Below are positions 10,176-24,290 of a stretch of DNA of 64,000 nucleotides, one piece after another. The position numbers and the translations under genes were made by a program. Source of the DNA: Macrostomum lignano (taxonomy: Eukaryota); NCBI GenBank assembly GCA_002269645.1, contig NIVC01000476.1, forward strand, positions 1 to 64,000, read 5' to 3'. The first letter of the stretch is position 1, and every line of letters starts with the position of its first letter. The notes below the pieces were generated by a model. It ran no database searches and had not been told where the DNA came from. It saw nothing but the letters and a program-made list of their open reading frames with translations.

Positions 10176-13100
10176 GTGGTCGGTCGGGAAATGGCGGAGC
10201 TGAACGCGTTTGCAAAGATCGCCGACAGCATGCTGGCTGTCGCCGGTTGCGCCACCCCGTTCGCCTCTGTAAACCGCACCTCGGCCACCGGCCAAGAGCA
10301 CCTGAGAGGCAACGCTGGTTCTTTTCGTAACAGGAAGCCCGACGACTCGTGCTCCAACCGGAACTCACGCCGACGACCCAAGATCTGCAACGGTCATCTC
10401 TACTACGCTGCCGATGCTCGCACCTGTCGACCATGGTGCCAGTGGCCAGGCTCGAAACCGCCGACACTGCTGGCCAGCCGTCAGCCCACTCCGGTTCAGT
10501 CCCGGGCGTCCAGCCCGACGCCAAGCCAGGCGTCAAAATAGTCGGTCATGTGCCTCGGCCGAGCCGCGACCCGTCAAAGGCCACCACGTTGCTGCTTCGT
10601 TGCCAAGTTCTCCGTGCGCCCGTTTCGTTCATCGTTGACACCGGCGCCGAACGGTCGCTCCTTCCTTTGCAGTTTGTTCCTCAAAATCTACTCGTACCCA
10701 CTTATGTCAAGCTTTGTGGCGTCGAAGGCGGCAAAATCCGAACCTAGACTATACCCTTGCGACGTTCATTGTTACTAGTACTGCGCCAATCCTCGGTGCA
10801 GATTTCTTCCTCAAGCTCGGTCTCCTAATTGACCTGAATTCACGGCGCATTCAAGACCCTGTGACATCTTTGCGTGCGACTCTCTGTTCTTCTAGTGATT
10901 CAGTCCCTCAAATAAACGCCAACACGCTGCTTGAGCCCACCACACCGCTTGCTCGGTTCCCTCGAGTTCTGGAAGCTCCGGACTACACCGCAGCACCCGC
11001 CACGTCGGTTCGGCATCGTTTTGAGACCACTGGCGAGCGCATTTTTTGTCGACCGCGACCGCTTGCCCCTGCCAAGTTCGCGGTTGCAAAAGCGGAGTTC
11101 GACAAGCTCCTGCGCCTTGGCATCGTCCGCCCCTCCGCCAGTCTGTCGGCCTCCCCGCTTCACATGGTGAAGAAAAAGGACGGCTCCTGGAGACCTTGCG
11201 GAGACTATCGAGCCTTAAACGCGGCAACCAAGCCAGACCGCTACCCTATCCCTAATATCAACCATTTCCATCATCAGCTGCACAGTGCGAAAGTTTTCAG
11301 CACCCTTGACCTCGTCAAGGCCTATCACTTCGTTCCGATGGCAGATGAGGACATCGAGAAGACGGCGATTTGTACCCCGTTCGGCTCGTTCGAATACCTG
11401 CGGATGCCCTTTAGCCTCCAGAACGCCGCTAGCACGTTTCAGCGATATGTTGACTCCGTGTTTCGGGACCTACCATTTGTTTCTACCTACATCGACGACA
11501 TACTAGTGCACAGCAGGTCTCGGGAAGAGCACCAAGTACACATTGAAACAGTGCTGCAACGACTTACAGACAAAGGTTTGGGAGTAAATTCGGACAAGTG
11601 TCGGTTTTTCCGCGAGTCTGTAGAGTTTCTCGGCTATCTCGTGTCTGCGGAGGGCATTCGGCCCCTGCCCCACCGTGTCGAGGCCCTCCGACAGCTGCCA
11701 CCTCCTACTGACCACCAGGCCTTGCAGCGCTACCTCGGGATGTTTGGATTTTACCAACGGTGCATCCCTGATTACGCAAAGACCGTCCTACCATTGCGGC
11801 AGCTCGTCTCAATGACATTCGTCTGGACGGAGCACCACGGTCGCGCCTGGAAAGCGCTTCAGAACAGCCTCACGGAAGCGGTCACGCTCGCCTTTCCGCA
11901 TCCCCAGGCTACGTTTACCATCACAACGGACGCCAGCTCGACTGCCATCGGTGGTGCTCTACATCAAGTGGTGGACGGCCAGTCTACACCCCTAGCTTTC
12001 TACTCGCGGAAACTGTCCGGTACCGAGGCTGCGTACAGCACCTTCGATCGGGAACTCCTCGCCATCGTCGCCGCTGTCAAGGCCTGGAAGCACATGATTC
12101 AAGGCCAGCGGACAACTGTGTTCTGCGACCACAAGCCTATCATCGGAGCCTTCGGCAACAGAAAGGAGCGTTTTTCGGACCGACAGCAACGCCACCTATC
12201 CGTGATCACTGAATTTGTCAGCGACATCGTTCACATTGCCAGTAGGGACAACGTGGTTGCCGATGCACTATCTCGTCCCAACGTCACCTCCGAAGCGCAG
12301 CCACCATCGTCCGAAAGACTGCTAGCTGACATCCCGCCCTCGGTGGATTTGCCAGCTATCGCGCGAGCCCAGAAAGACAGTCTACCCGCCAACGATCCGC
12401 CAGGAGGCTTGTTCAGCAACTTCGATGTCGGAATTAAAGATAACCCATTACGCTGTCAGACTTTGCAGACTAACCCGTGTCCCGTAGTTCCTGAAGTACT
12501 ACGATGTGCGGTGTTCAACTCGCTGCATTCGTTCGCACAGCCCGGCAGAAAAGCTACGCAACGGCTCATTAGCTATCGTTTTCTTCTGGCCGCTAATGGG
12601 TGCCGACATTCGCAAGTGGGTAGCCGAGTGCCAACAATGCCAGCAGTGCAAGACTGGACGACATGTTCAACGCCCACTGCAGCAGCTGCCTGTGCCATCT
12701 CAGAGATTCACGACGGTACACATTGACCTGATCGGACCGTTACCGCCTCCTGAGTCTGAAGACCCCTTCACGACGATACACATTGACCTGGTCGGACCGT
12801 TACCGCCTCCTGAGTCTAAAGACCCCGGCCCGAAGCCTTGCTACCTACTCACCATGATCGATGCCTACTCACGCTGGTTCGAGGCAGCACCGCTTTCGAA
12901 CATTGCCGCCACATCAGTCGCACGAGCCTTCCTGGAAACCTGGATTTCTCGGTTCGGCCCACCTTTGACGATGATCAGTGACCAGGGATCCCAATTCCGA
13001 GCGGAGCTCATAAGAAACTTGACGGACCTACTCGGCATCCACCACATCCGCACTTCAGCCTATAATCCGAGAGCAAACGGTGTCATCGAACGTGCACACC

Positions 13101-14019
13101 GGACGCTGAAGCTCGGTTTGAAGGCGCGCGGCAAGAACTGGCTGCAGCAGCTGCCCGTCGTGCTCCTGGGCATGCGCATTTTCCCAGATGAGTCAGGTGC
13201 CTCTCCGTTTTCCGTTGTTACGGGTGAGCAACCGCTGGTCCCACCAGTCGTCACCGACACTTCTGCGCTCAAGGAGCTCTCGACTAGCCTACATCAGCTT
13301 TTCTTCCCATACCGGCAGCTGAGAACGCGCGAGATAGCCGTGCATCTGCCAGCCGCGCTGAGTTCGTGCACACACGTCTGGTTGCGGTTGGACCGGGTGC
13401 GACGACCCCTGGAGGCTCCTTACCAAGGCCCGTACGCGGTACTGGACAGGTACGACACCACAATGATACTCAAGATCAACGGCAAGCCTACCGTAGGTTC
13501 GATCGATCGTGTCAAGCCCGCCACCCTACCAACAGCCCAACAAGAGCAGCCAGCAGCTACACCGGCCCCGCCAAGCGACGCTCCCGCCTCTAACACAAGG
13601 TCGCGCAGCGCAAATCGCGTGCGATTCAAGAGCGAGACCTCCGTGCAAGTTTTCCAGAAAGACAGTCCACCTAGCAATACCTGAACAGTGTTCATAAACT
13701 GATCAACCTATGACATCTGCAATGCTTACCTACTCGTTCCCCTGCGCTGTTCGAACTTTTTGTCTCCGATTAGATAATGCATAGTGATGTACTTCATCAT
13801 CAGTGATCTTGTATCATCTTGCATCAGTATCTTGTAGCAGTGAGAAGCATTAATCAGCTAGCAGCGAGTCCCTTTTGGCCCTAGACGATATTCTTAAGCT
13901 GTTCTCGTTACTGTCTCTAAAATCGAATAAAGCCGAAGTTAGAGCCCGTCAAGGGTTTACAACCGTTCTATCTCACTTCAACAAAACAAATTCCACTGCG
14001 TTTTGATTCACTCGCTACA
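10176..14019 (+). mobile_element. Ty3/gypsy LTR retrotransposon, CsRn1/Kabuki-like, 5'-truncated, frameshifted
   Basis: Gag C-terminal CxxH..A..C.PWC.W; protease FIVDTGAE; [18 protein letters not shown] and YIDD; RNase H TDAS..DRELLA; integrase HxxxH..CxxC, HIDLVGP and GPY. Frameshifts at ~10745 and ~12585. Putative 3' LTR tgtagc..gctaca at 13833-14019 with AATAAA. No 5' LTR. Confidence 0.93.
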
Positions 14020-14896
14020 CACGTTAAGAAAGGTGTAGTCAAATATTACATTATTATTATCTTTGCTTTGACACTGGGTTTTCTGCTGCCATGTTTCACA
14101 GAAACGTTATTGCTTTGTCATATATGTTATTCTTTAACTCAATAAGGATTCGCACACAGTGTAGTGAATTGTTTTTAAACAATTATCTTTTGTATTTTTC
14201 TCTTGAATTTCAATAAAATTTTGTTTCTATTCGAGCGCATGGAGACACAGAACACTTCTGTGCATTTTGCATAGTTTCACGCAGTACACAATACGGTCCG
14301 GGCTTCAATTTCAATTAATTTCAATGATTGTCGTGTTGGCGATACATTTATAATTTTACCTCATTTAAATTCCACTCGATCCCTTTTTTAAAAAGATTGG
14401 CACCTATTTGTGGCAGCGAGCCGAAGGCTGCAGTAATGCTAAACACGGCTTGTTTACCTCCGGCGCGGCTCATCGCATGCCAGCGGTGAATGCCATACAT
14501 AGTTGGAAACGCCACAGACAAATCATGAGTGTATATATGTGAGGTAAACATGTGACTTCCTGACCGATTTTCTGTCCTTAGTTTATAGCTTCTCGGTTAC
14601 TAAAAATACACAAGTACCTGATTGTTTCCGAAATTATTGATTCAATAATAGAAATTCTGGTAGCATTGTAACATGAACATTTGTGACAGCACCACACCTA
14701 CATGTCGCTACCTGAAGTATATGTATCACCTAGTACTAGCAGGCGATTGTATCAAGGTCCATCTCTGTAAATGTAAAGTAGATACTTCTCCATTACCCCG
14801 TCAGGACTCCAACCCCGGCGTGGGGGGACTGTTATCGTATCCAGCCTTCTAGAAATTTCCGTGTAAACAACACTTTCTATATAAGGCAATTTAACC

Positions 14897-15745
14897 GTGT
14901 CTTCCTCTCTGCCTCCCCTCTATGTGTCTCTCTGCCTCCCCTCTCTGTGTCTCTCTCTCTCTGCCTCCCCTCTCTGTGTCTCTCTCTCTCTGCCTCCCCT
15001 CTCTGTGTCTCTCTCTCTGCCTCCCCTCTCTGTCTCTCTGCCTCTCCTCTCTGTCTCTCTGCCTCCCCTCTCTGTGTCTCTCTCTCTCTCTGCCTCCCCT
15101 CTCTGTGTCTGTCTCTCTCGGCCTCCCCTCTCTGTGTCTCTCACTCTGCCTCCCCTCTCTGTGTCTCTCTCTCTGCCTCCCCTCTCTGTGTGTCTCTCTC
15201 TCTGCTTCCCCTCTCTGTGTCTCTCTCTCTGCCTCCCCTCTCTGTGTCTCTTCGCCTCCCCTCTCTGTGTCTCTCTGCCTCCCCTCTCTGATCTCTGCCT
15301 CCCCTCTCTGTTTCTCTCTGCCTCCCCTCTCTGTGTCTCTCTGCCTCCCCTCTCTGTTTCTCTCTGCCTCCCCTCTCTGTCTCTCTGCCTCCCCTCTCTG
15401 TGTCTCTCTGCCTCCCCTCTCTGTGTCTCTCTGCCTCCCCTCTCTGTGTCTCTCTGCCTCCCCTCTCTGTGTCTCTCTGCCTCCCCTCTCTGTGTCTCTC
15501 TGCCTCCCCTCTCTGTGTCTCTGCCTCCCCTCTCTGTGTCTCTCTGCCTCCCCTCTCTGTTTCTCTCTGCCTCCCCTCTCTGTCTCTCTGCCTCCCCTCT
15601 CTGTGTCTCTCTGCCTCCCCTCTCTGTTTCTCTCTGCCTCCCCTCTCTGTCTCTCTGCCTCCCCTCTCTGTGTCTCTCTGCCTCCCCTCTCTGTGTCTCT
15701 CTGCCTCCCCTCTCTGTGTCTCTCTGCCTCCCCTCTCTATGTTTC
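14897..15745. repeat. CT-rich minisatellite (ctctgcctcccctctctgtgtct)
   Basis: 22-24 bp pyrimidine-rich tandem units. Confidence 0.97.
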
Positions 15746-16769
15746 CCTCCTGCTGAGCACATGCTTTCCGAATATTTCCGAAATTTAGAATTTTCTATGA
15801 AATTAAATAAAGCCACCCGACACTATATGTACTCAAGTCTAACAAGCCTAACTACACTCAAAACCTAAACTGCTAAACAAAAACAAACCTTCGGAACCGC
15901 TGCCTTCACGCCTCATAATTACTTAACACTGCTTCATACTGATACATTTTATCAATACAATTGTTTCAATGTTAATTATCTTTATATATTCAATACACCT
16001 GGCTAAAAACTATTGTTTAAAATTTTATATTTAATTTTGTATTTCTACACACATATTAATTAAATCAATTAAGTTCAATTAAGATAATTACATTAATAAG
16101 TTGCTTTGCGCACCACTAGCAAATGGAACCAGTTTACTTTCTCTTCTTAAGCATGTATAAATCTATAAGCACGCTTTCCTGAGGGTTAGCTATTTAGCTA
16201 CTAAAATAGCAAAAGCATGCTTGCCAGAGGAGGAGATTGCCTGATATTCCCTCTCACCCCGGCCATGTGGATGAAAAGTTATTCCTGAAGCAGATCCTAG
16301 AATTCACGTACTGAAAACGTGACAAGAGGAATCACAAACAACCTTTTAAGTGATTTCAGTAGCTTTATTTAACAGACCTTGGCGTCCCACTAGTTTTCTG
16401 CTTTTAGCTGCTTTGTTACTAAAAATAGATTACGTTAAGCAGAATTTCTTACAAATTAATAAATAAAAAATCCTTGGAATGAAATGCTCGTCTAAAATTT
16501 CCACCTTTCCACTCTGAACATTGTAAGCCACATCCAAACACAGGTTTAATTGTTTATTCAGTCACATGTGCATCGATTATTCGTTGACTTGCTAAGGTAT
16601 GCACATTGGAAACGATGAAAATTTACCCAAAACTAATAATTTCTTAATGATTACCTGCTACCTGCTACTTTTACAAGTAGTAGAGGCGAATTAATTTCGA
16701 AAATGATGCTGGATGCGAAGAATGAAAAGACTTGAAAAATTTATTGTCTCAAAAAACCTACTTATCTAG

Positions 16770-17270
16770 TCGGACCTATGTACCTATGTACCTATGTACT
16801 TATGTATCTATGTATCTATGTATCTATGCATCTATATATCTATGTACCTATGTACCAATGTACCTATGTGCTAATGTACCTATGTATCTATGTATCTTAT
16901 GTATCTATGTATCTATATATCTATATATCTATGTACCTATGTACCAATGTACCTATGTACCAATGAACCTATGTATCTATGTACCTATGTATCTATGTAT
17001 CTATATATTTATGTATCTATGTACCTATGTACCTATGTGCCAATGTACCTATGTACCTATGTACCTATGTACCTATGTGCCAATGTACCTATGTACCTAT
17101 GTACATATGTACCTATGTACCTATGTACCTATGTATCTATGTACCTATGTACCTATGTATCTATGTACCTATGTACCTATGTACCTATGTATCTATGTAT
17201 CTATGTACCTATGTACCTATGTACCTATGTATCTATGCATCTATGTATCGATGTGTCTATATATCTATGC
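16770..17270. repeat. (TATGTACC/TATGTATC)n 8-bp repeat
   Basis: Direct observation. Confidence 0.96.
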
Positions 17271-17369
17271 CAAACCAGTTTTGGCGTATCTTCTTTAAAC
17301 TGATTTGCTTTGTATGCAGTCGAAAAATTAGTAAATCAACCTTATCCACTAGGTAATATTAGGCCTACT

Positions 17370-18035
17370 TTAACCCACTCTCTCACCCACCTGCTTCTTC
17401 ACCCACCCGCTCCTTCACCCACCCGCTCCTTCACCCACCAGCTTCTTCACCCACCCGCTCCTTCACCCACCCGCTTCTTCACCCACCCACTCCTTCACCC
17501 ACCTCACTAACATCACCCACCTCACTACCATCACCCATCCCACTCCTTCACCCACCTCACTAACATCACCCACCTCACTAACATCACCCACCTCACTCCT
17601 TCACCCACCTCACTGGTTCACTCACTTCACTTCTTCTCCCATCCCACTCCATCACCAACCTCATACCATCACCCACCTCACTACCATCACCCACCCCACT
17701 CCTTCACCCACCTCACTAACATCACCCACCTCACTAACATCACCCACCTCACTCCTTCACCCACCTCACTGGTTCACTCACTTCACTTCTTCTCCCATCC
17801 CACTCCATCGCCAACCTCATACCATCACCCACCTCACTACCATCACCCACCCCACTCCTTCACCCACCTCACTAACATCACCCACCTCACTAACATCACC
17901 CACCTCACTAACATCACCCATCCCACTCCTTCACCCACCTCACTAACATCACCCACCTCACTAACATCACCCATCCCACTCCTTCACCCACCTCACTAAC
18001 ATCACCCACCTCACTCCTTCACCCACCTCGCCCGC
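17370..18035. repeat. C/A-rich minisatellite, paralogue of 1-430
   Basis: Same unit family and same 3' flank. Confidence 0.95.
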
Positions 18036-18169
18036 CAGCCAACACAGAGATAAAAGCAAAGACAAAAACAGTGAATGATTTCCGCTTCCCAAATAGTTGC
18101 TCTTTTCGAATCAGTGATTTAAAAATTCAATAAAAAATGCCCACATTTGCTGCTTCTAGCCATTCAGTA

Positions 18170-18725
18170 GCAAATGCGGGGAGAAGGCCCAAGCAACCCG
18201 AGCAGCGAGTCTCCCCCCCCCCAAATGGGACCCGTCGCACCCAGCAGACCAGCGAGTACCGATCTAGCGAAGGCGAATCTTTTCTGTCAGATCTACAGCG
18301 CCGTCTCCAGGGTCGCAACCAGCCCTAGGGACCGCCCAGTGACCCGACCAGCCAACGAGGTGCTTAAAGAACACTGCTGTGACGGGCACGGAGCTCGAAG
18401 TGGTATCTGCTCGCCCTTCAGCAACCCGGAGCACTGTAATGCCATCCGCTAGTCTGCAAGGCCCCCGGGCAGGATGGCGTCACCAATGACATGTTAAAGC
18501 ACCCCCACCCTCCACGGATGACAGGACCCTGTCCATCACTAACCGCTCTTGGCAGAAGGGGGAATGTCCTTGGCAATGGAAATGAGCCATCATCATTCCG
18601 TTCCAAAAAAGGGAAAGGACGCCAGCAAGCCTGACTCCTACCGCCCAGTCGCCCTCACGAGTTGTATAGCCAAACTGGCAAAGCGGCTGGTCCTCCAGCG
18701 TCTCCGCCATGCCATAAAAAAATGC
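18170..18725 (+). mobile_element. Non-LTR retrotransposon RT N-terminal fragment
   Basis: ..PKKGKDASKPDSYRPVALTSCIAKLAKRLVLQRL is the typical LINE RT motif (PKxGK..YRPISL.S..K). Confidence 0.8.
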
Positions 18726-19414
18726 ATAAAAATGCCATGAGTTCAATGCTTGTCATTTATCATGTTCACTGATATCGTTTTTAGCTAATATTTTTACTGA
18801 AATCCAGCACTAACAGTCAGAACTGATCAATGCACCTCTGCTGTTTCTATGCATATCTGTCTCTGCGCACACTGCAAGCATTCCGGAGTCTTTGATTTTG
18901 ATCAAACACATAGACTAAGACAGACAGACACTGAGATAGACAGACAGACACAGTTTCAAGAGTTTCAGCAAATGCAACCTACCGATATGTATCGAAATGT
19001 AGACTTCTTTTACTGGCTGCACTTTTACTTGACGGTTTGTGTACTTTTTCGCTCTTTTTGCTTGGCCGTTCAGCACTGCCCTGAGGAAAGGGGATCGGAG
19101 CCGCGGGATTTGCACCCTCGCACCGGGCACTGCACTGCTCTGGTGCAGCTGCACCAATCGGTTAAGCGCACCTGCACAGCTATAAACTGTTTATCGTCCT
19201 CCCTGCGGCCTGATCCCCTTTTTGCGGACTGCTGGCTGAAACATTTCGCCGAATATTTCTGTCGATCGCCTCGCTTTTCCTTGTTTTAATTTTTAATTTT
19301 GTCATTTGAGCTCCACAGCAGAACCGATGGGGAGTCCGACTCCTGCCAATGGCGTTTGATAATCACTGATTGAGTAGCTTTGCTTGGCTCTCTGACTTGC
19401 GTGTGTTCCAATGA

Positions 19415-19505
19415 CTGATTGACTGATTGATTGATTGATTGATTGATTGACTGATTGATTGACTGATTGATTGACTGATTGATTGACTGATTGATTGATT
19501 GATAA
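19415..19505. repeat. (GATT/GACT)n microsatellite
   Basis: Expanded relative to the paralogous site at ~2445. Confidence 0.95.
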
Positions 19506-22500
19506 CTCTTATCTGATTGTTTTATTACTGTTAATCAGAAATGCGAATAAAGCGTTGCGAAAATAAAGTATTACTGAAGCTGAATATTTTTTGTTTTAGG
19601 AATTTTGAAGATTGTCTGAATTGGTTTTGTTTTGTTTTATTCTGCCTGAGTAAGTTTCACAGATTGCAATCCTAGAATTGCCGATGCGTGATTGGCTAAG
19701 AAGTCTGGCCAATCTGCGTGCTATATTAAACTCCTGAATATATGCACTTTTAAGGAGTAATGCAACAACAACAAGCTTTTATTAGCTTTTATTACCTTCT
19801 ATTTTTATTATTAAAAAGCTTTTATTGCCCTGTGAAAAGCGGCTCTCGTGAGCTACGGCTTACGAGCGTGTAAAGCAGTAAAACCATTTTGGACTACAAG
19901 CCTGCGCATTTAATTAGTTGATAGACCAAGTCAATAGAAAATGGTTTAACTGCTATCGTTAGTTAATTGCTCCCATTTGATAAACAACTAACTCTGGTAT
20001 AAGAAATATCGTATAAGAAGGGTGAAGGGTGCTATTAGAGACCATAAAAGTGGTAAATATTGTACTCAGCAAAACAGCTCACAGAAAAGAGTACATGTCG
20101 GAATCTAAGCTGATTCGTGATGTTTTAAGATGCAACAATGTTTGTTGAAATTGGCGTTGACTCTCATTGAGCCGAAATCGAGATGTAGTACGAAATTCTT
20201 CGAAGAGTTTATCCTTTGCCTGAATTGCCTGGGTCGCCAAACGTTGGCGTCTTTATCGTCAGAGCCCAGGTCACTGTCCGAAAACATGACAAAAAGACAC
20301 TCCTACTAACCTAAGAGTACAATTTGGCCCTTGAAATCTTAACTATCGGAGTTAGGAGCTAGAAATGAAATTCGCTCCTTCTATAGGACACGCACTCCTA
20401 AAATTCACTCCGAAACGGCAACACCCAGCACCCACAGTAGCTCCAACTCCTCTCTCCTTATTCTTTAGCACTTGCAGAAACCTTTATGAGGTCTCCTAAA
20501 TTCACCAAGGAGTCTCCTATGTCCTTAAAGGAGCCTCCTAGCTCTTAAAATTTACTCTTGATTCTATAGCACAGGCAGGCAGGCAGAAAATGAATTTCAG
20601 GATCTTCTGTCCTCACATTTCTTCAAGCCCCTCACTGCTGAGAGAAGCTGCCGATTCCGCCATCTTCGCCAGCCTCATTGGCCTCCAATCTCGCACCTCG
20701 CTTGCCTGTTTTGCAGCCAGCCAGAGCCAGCCAATCTTCTTTGGACTGGCTGTCCTTCCAGCCTATGGGCTGCGGCTGCACTTCCGCCTCCACACGCAGC
20801 CCTGCCGCTTTCCTATAAACATCGGCTCGACTAAGGTTGGGAGGCCCAGCGATACCACAGCTGTTGCTAGCAGCAGCTTATATGTAAAATTGTTTTTTTA
20901 CAAAGTACAGCTCTGCGATATGACTGTCCACATGAAGGAACTTCTGTGCCTTGCAATCATTTCGTACTGTATAAGTAACAGTAAGTGACTACGACTGTTT
21001 CTCCTTAAAGTTAAAGAATTCAATTATTTTTGCTGATGCTGATTAGTGGGATTGAAAGTTTTCAGTTTTTGAGAACTAAGCTCTGGATGAGGTTTTGCCA
21101 TTGGGAAATTCTGTGGGGAGAATTTACACACTACAACCAGAAACAGCTGAGATTTCGTTCACTGAAACTGTGTTTATCTGCCGGTCTCCGGTAGCAGTTC
21201 CAGTGAAATCGTACTGGTAAACTGGTGAGCGTACCTCGGACACAAGGCATACTTGCTGGATTTTGAATCCAGAAGTTCAGAAGTTAAAAAAACACTGAAA
21301 ACGTTCTTCTGCTTTAGCTGTCCATGGAGCAAATGTCCATGGAGTTGTAGTTGACTTACGTGCAGTTCTATCTAATTGGCTGACTGTGACAAAAGCGTAA
21401 ACAACGCAAAATGGTCTCATAACAGGTCATATTTCGAAGTTGTTGAACCTCCACATCTACAGGCTGTGCCATCAAGGTCTCCAGAGCTGAGATCGCCAAT
21501 GCCTGGCAATCGTCTGTCTACAATCACCCAGAATGCGACTGCTTCATCAGATCAATGGACAAGCCGGGGCAATGGGTCTATTTTCTTACCAGCGACACTC
21601 CGGACCCCTCCGGCTACCAGTGGCTGCTGCTGAAGCTGACCCGAAGTGTCCCAGTGCGCTCCATCACTGTCTATGGGAGACAGGAGAGTGAGTCCTCCCT
21701 CACATTTCAATATAAATCTGAACGATAATTTGAATCAGATTTTGCTCACTAAACTTTTCTCAGTCAGCCACAGAGCCCTGGGCATCGAAGTGCTGCTCAG
21801 TGAGGAGAAGCCAGCCGGTCTGGATGAGGATGCACCCAACTGCACTGCAGCCGCTTTCAGTCACAGTCTGTCCGGACTCCAACACTGCGGCTTCACCAGA
21901 AATGACAGCAGCAGTTCACTCAGGTCGCACTTGGTGCATGAAGTGACCTGCTCAGCTGAGGCCGATGTCAAGGTTTGTCACCCAGTTGCTGCTAATCTTT
22001 CAATATTGGAATTCGCAGTGTTGCAGCATCGCATTGCAGATGGGGCAGTATGTGCTGCTGAGGAAGTTCGTGGCCAATCAGACTGACAAGATGATGAACT
22101 TTGTGTTGCTTGAAATTGAGAAAAGAGACTGCTTTCGGCATAACAGAGACAGCAGCTCTGGCTGCTCTCCAGCTGACTTCTGCAGGCAATATCAGAGCGG
22201 ATGCTTTGTGGAAGACTTGTCTCAGCTCAAGCTCAATGAGAAAGTGATGACTCGAGCTCGGCTACCAGGAAACTGCAGGGCACCTGCTGCATCAAACTGC
22301 AGCATCAGAATGCGGAACGGCAGTGATCTCTTGGAGTTGAGTTCGGTAAGAGTTCGATTGAGATAAATACTTGAGCTTGCACCAGATATGGGAATTAAAC
22401 AGCGCAGATGGGCATTCGCATTGCAGAGGGCGGTCTTGGCCAGCTCTCTGATTCAATTCTGAGAACTTTTACAGTGCGGCTGCGGATGCACGGGGCGGAT

Positions 22501-22602
22501 TTGAAGTGCCGACACAGCTGCAGCGGTGGGACTGCGATTGGCACTTCGCACACACTGGGTGTGCAGTCAGCCAGTGAGTCAGGCTTACAAACCCAGGCTT
22601 AC

Positions 22603-23640
22603 AGCCCTGCACCACTCACTACTCAAACCCTTCCGGAGCCCTGCACCACTCACTACTCAAACTCTTCCAGAGCCCTGCACCACTTACTACTCAAACCCTT
22701 CCGGAGCCCTGCACCACTCACTACTCAAACTCTTCCAGAGCCCTGCACCACTCACTACTCAAACTCTTCCAGAGCCCTGCACCACTTACTACTCAAACCC
22801 TTCCGGAGCCCTGCACCACTCACTACTCAAACCCTTCCAGAGCCCTACACCACTCACTACTCAAACCCTTCCAGAGCCCTGCACCACTCACTACTCAAAC
22901 CCTTCCAGAGCCCTGCACCACTTACTACTCAAACCCTTCCGGAGCCCTGCACCACTCACTACTCAAACTCTTCCAGAGCCCTGCACCACTTACTACTCAA
23001 ACTCTTCCAGAGCCCTGCACCACTTACTACTCAAACCCTTCCAGAGCCCTGCACCACTTACTACTCAAACCCTACCAGAGCCCTGCACCACTCACTACTC
23101 AAACCCTTCCAGAGCCCTGCACCACTCACTACTCAAACCCTTCCAGAGCCCTGCACCACTCATTACTCAAACCCTTCCAGAGCCCTGCACCACTCACTAC
23201 TCAAACCCTTCCAGAGCCCTGCACCACTCATTACTCAAACCCTTCCAGAGCCCTGCACCACTCACTACTCAAACCCTTCCAGAGCCCTGCACCACTCACT
23301 ACTCAAACCCTTCCTGAGCCCTGCACCACTCACTACTCAAACCCTTCCAGAGCCCTGCACCACTCACTACTCAAACCCTTCCAGAGCCCTGCACCACTCA
23401 CTACTCAAACCCTTCCAGAGCCCTGCAACACTCACTACTCAAACCCTTCCAGAGCCCTGCACCACTCACTACTCAAACACTTCCAGAGCCCTGCACCACT
23501 CACTACTCAAACACTTCCAGAGCCCTGCACCACTCACTACTCAAACCCTTCCAGAGCCCTGCACCACTCAATACTCAAACCCTTCCAGAGCCCTGCACCA
23601 CTCACTACTCAAACCCTTCCAGAGCCCTGCACCACTCACT
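22603..23640. repeat. 34-bp minisatellite, expanded (~30 units)
   Basis: Same unit as 5745-6030. Confidence 0.96.
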
Positions 23641-24064
23641 TGCTGCTCCCCGCAAACACCAGCTGGACAGACGGAGCAGCCGTCAATCTGACAGCTGACA
23701 CACCGGGTTGCTACTGGATGCCAATCAGCCACAGCTGCTCTGTGCAGTCACAGCGAAATGGAAACACAGCGCTTCAGCTGCTGTCAGTGAGTCTCACACT
23801 GGCCCATGGTTGCACCTGTGTATTGGGTGCATGGCAACAATGATCTGACATTTAGCTGTGAATACTGACTCATTTCAGAGCACGAACTCAAGCAGCACAT
23901 TCTCAGTGACTGTGAGCAGGAGCTGGGGAAGCTCAGCATCAATTTTGTGTCGGGTGAACCAGTCAGGACTGTTCGATGTAACGGCTCGTCGCGAGCTGCC
24001 TGCAGTTCTGTGTAAGTGTCCATGTACTTCTGTGTGTTCTTGGATGCATGTTCTCCAGTTCAAC

Positions 24065-24290
24065 AGTTAGATCCAATGCGGAACCAGTTCACCAGTTAGA
24101 TCCAATGCGGAACCAGCTCACCAGTTGGATCCAATGCGGAACCAGTTCACCAGTTAGAACCAATGCGGTACCAGTTCACCAGTTAGAACCAATGCGGAAC
24201 CAGTTCACCAGTTAGATCCAATGCGGTACCAGTTCACCAGTTAAACCCAATGCGGAACCAGTTCACCAGTTCAACCCCAATGCAGCTCAC
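24065..24290. repeat. 29-bp minisatellite
   Basis: Same unit as 6468-6850. Confidence 0.93.

Noticed and set aside
10735-12600. Programmed frameshifts in the CsRn1-like pol
   Set aside because: The shifts fall inside protease/RT-upstream and integrase-upstream coding sequence, not at gag-pol; mutation or sequencing indels are more likely.
14790-14850. tRNA-Asp-like fragment on the minus strand
   Set aside because: Too degenerate; only a partial B-box-like stretch.
14897-15868. Long ORFs on both strands (SLPPLSV / ERGGRET repeats)
   Set aside because: They are translations of a stop-free CT minisatellite.
22408-23691. 427-aa ORF and a CRISPR-like appearance of the 34-bp repeats
   Set aside because: Units are contiguous with no unique spacers, there are no cas genes, and the array lies between a GT donor and the next exon in eukaryotic DNA.
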